Assembly: GCA_041619315.1 (NCBI GenBank)
Contig: JBFKEC010000001.1
Coordinates: 1 to 63,494, forward strand
DNA from: Oceanococcus sp.
Lineage (GTDB): Bacteria > Pseudomonadota > Gammaproteobacteria > Nevskiales > Oceanococcaceae
Length of the DNA stretch: 63,494 bases
Direction of reading: 5' to 3'
A program made the position numbers and the translations under genes. Shown here one piece after another: positions 58,974 through 63,494 of the stretch. The notes beneath the pieces are model-generated. The model made no database searches. It had not been told where the DNA came from and saw only the letters and a program-made list of their open reading frames with translations. Position 1 is the stretch's first letter, and each line of letters starts with the position of its first letter.

Positions 58974-60068
58974 TTACTGAACCACGCGGACTTCGACGCG
59001 ACGGTTCTCACGACGGCCGCTGACCGTGGTGTTGGGCTGCAGCGGGGCATTGTCGCCGTAACCTTTGGCAGCAAGCTGGGATTGCTGTACGCCAGCACCG
59101 ATCAGGTAGTCACGCACGGCCTGAGCACGACGCTGCGACAAGTCGATGTTGTAGTACTCGTCACCTTCGTCGCTGGTGTGGCCGGCGATTTCGATGGTTG
59201 CATTGGGCATGGTGGAGATCACCTGCGCAACGTCATCGAGTACGGATTCAGCATTACCGGTCAGCACGTCACTGTCGAATTCGAAGTTGACGTCGTTGAG
59301 GATAACCGAGCGATCGACGGCGCAGCCGTACTGGTCGACAGCTTCGTCCAGCCGCGGCTGGCGGCAATCTGCCGGCGTTACGCTGCCAGCATTGCTGCCC
59401 ACTGCGCAGCCCGTGGCATCAACCACGGTGCCCAGCGGCGTGCCTGGGCACAGATCCGCATCGTCGTTCACGCCGTCGCTGTCGCTGTCATCGCCGCTGG
59501 GGGCGACCACGGCCACATCGTCACCCTGTGGTGCGCTGGCCTGCGATTTGGCACCCAGCGGGATGCTGTAACCCAGACGGAAGATTGGTTCGGCGAAGGC
59601 TTTCTTGCCGCCCAGCCCTGCATCTTCGTTGAAGTGCAGGTCAGCACGCAGCATGGCTTCTAAGCGAACGCTGCCGTAAAACGCCGGGATCATGGCGCCG
59701 ATACCACCGGCCACGTTGGCGCTGAAGTAGTCATCACCCGGGCCGCCGTCGGAATGCAGCAAACCACCACTGAGGATGGTGAACAGCCCAGGCGTGTTGG
59801 GATCGAAGAACGTCAGCAGGTTGGCGTTCAGGTTGTACAGAGCGGTGTCACCGAGGTCGCCAAAGCCCACTTCGAGCTCGTAGTTGCGGGTTTCCGACAC
59901 CGGCATGCCCACGGTCAGTGAGTAGCCGACGTCTTCGTCTTCGCCGCGACCTGCGTCGGTGATGATGTAAGAAGCTCCCGGTGAGATGTACAGCCGATCG
60001 TCGTAGTTGCCTGCTAAAGCTTGGCCGACGACTCCCCCAAAGAGTACGACGGAGAGCAGAATTCGCAT
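58974..60068 (-). CDS. OprF/OmpA-family outer-membrane protein
   Basis: Signal peptide, barrel-like N-terminus, DSDSDGVNDDADLCPGTP linker with four Cys, OmpA C-domain (GHTS, LSQRRA, NRRVE). Confidence 0.9.
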   Translation of the reverse strand: MRILLSVVLFGGVVGQALAGNYDDRLYISPGASYIITDAGRGEDEDVGYSLTVGMPVSETRNYELEVGFGDLGDTALYNLNANLLTFFDPNTPGLFTILSGGLLHSDGGPGDDYFSANVAGGIGAMIPAFYGSVRLEAMLRADLHFNEDAGLGGKKAFAEPIFRLGYSIPLGAKSQASAPQGDDVAVVAPSGDDSDSDGVNDDADLCPGTPLGTVVDATGCAVGSNAGSVTPADCRQPRLDEAVDQYGCAVDRSVILNDVNFEFDSDVLTGNAESVLDDVAQVISTMPNATIEIAGHTSDEGDEYYNIDLSQRRAQAVRDYLIGAGVQQSQLAAKGYGDNAPLQPNTTVSGRRENRRVEVRVVQ

Positions 60069-60120
60069 GTCCAGTCCCTTGCTAATTATTGGCTTAGTGA
60101 AGCGCGCGATTATACCGGAG

Positions 60121-62994
<2,874 letters not shown>

Positions 62995-63015
62995 GGCGCC
63001 GAACCGAGTACACCG

Positions 63016-63494
63016 ATGCTGGATATTCATGCTGACCGCGTCCTGATTCTGGATTACGGTTCCCAATACACACAGTTGATTGCCCGGCGTGTGCGCGAAG
63101 CCGGTGTTTATTGCGAGATTATGCCGTGGGATGTTGATCCCGCCGCAATCAGCAATTTCAAGCCACGCGGCATTATTTTGTCCGGCGGTCCCGAGTCGGT
63201 GACCGCAGAGCAGGCGCCCAGTCTGCCCGAGCCGGTGCTGGCAGCCGGAGTGCCCGTGCTGGGCATTTGCTACGGCATGCAGCTGCTGGCCCAGAGTCTT
63301 GGTGGCACTGTGGAAGGTGGGCACACGCAGGAGTTCGGCTACGCTGAAATCCGTGCGCGCGGTCACACTGCACTGCTGCGTGACATCGAGGACCGGGTCA
63401 ACGATGAAGGCCATGGGCTGCTTGATGTCTGGATGAGCCATGGCGATCGGGTGACCGCCTTGCCACAGGGCTTCAAACTGATGGCCAGCACCAC
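63016..63494 (+). CDS. guaA: GMP synthase, 5' part (runs off the window edge)
   Basis: Manual translation from ATG 63016: [52 protein letters not shown]. Confidence 0.96.
   Translation, partial: MLDIHADRVLILDYGSQYTQLIARRVREAGVYCEIMPWDVDPAAISNFKPRGIILSGGPESVTAEQAPSLPEPVLAAGVPVLGICYGMQLLAQSLGGTVEGGHTQEFGYAEIRARGHTALLRDIEDRVNDEGHGLLDVWMSHGDRVTALPQGFKLMAST

Overview
A GC-rich gammaproteobacterial chromosomal segment; I saw no rRNA, tRNA, CRISPR array, integrase or transposase. The left arm (1-14.8 kb) holds the start of a type II secretion operon (gspD/gspC), a CHASE2 adenylate cyclase, the N-degron cluster (clpS-clpA, infA, bpt, aat) and ftsK-lolA-rarA-crcB-serS. The right arm (39-63.5 kb) holds cysG, yccA, xseB-ispA-dxs, parE-parC, htpX, a degenerate Cache-PAS-GGDEF-EAL protein, a Rrf2-sufBCDS operon, an OprF-like porin, xseA and guaBA. 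Between serS and cysG is a ~24 kb sulfur/molybdenum/iron block. Its minus-strand cysI-DUF934-mobA-moaA / moaD-moaE / moaCB-moeA series is interrupted by two accessory modules. Module 1 is an envelope-targeted desulfation system: a TonB receptor, two Cys-type sulfatases, a signal-peptide-bearing FGE, an RNase Z-like hydrolase and a GST, with three copies of a 15-bp operator in its promoter regions. Module 2 is a Fur-boxed TonB receptor-PepSY-DUF2271-DUF4198-flavoreductase operon with a structured leader, no apbE and an altered flavinylation motif. All calls come from reading motifs by eye; no database searches were run.
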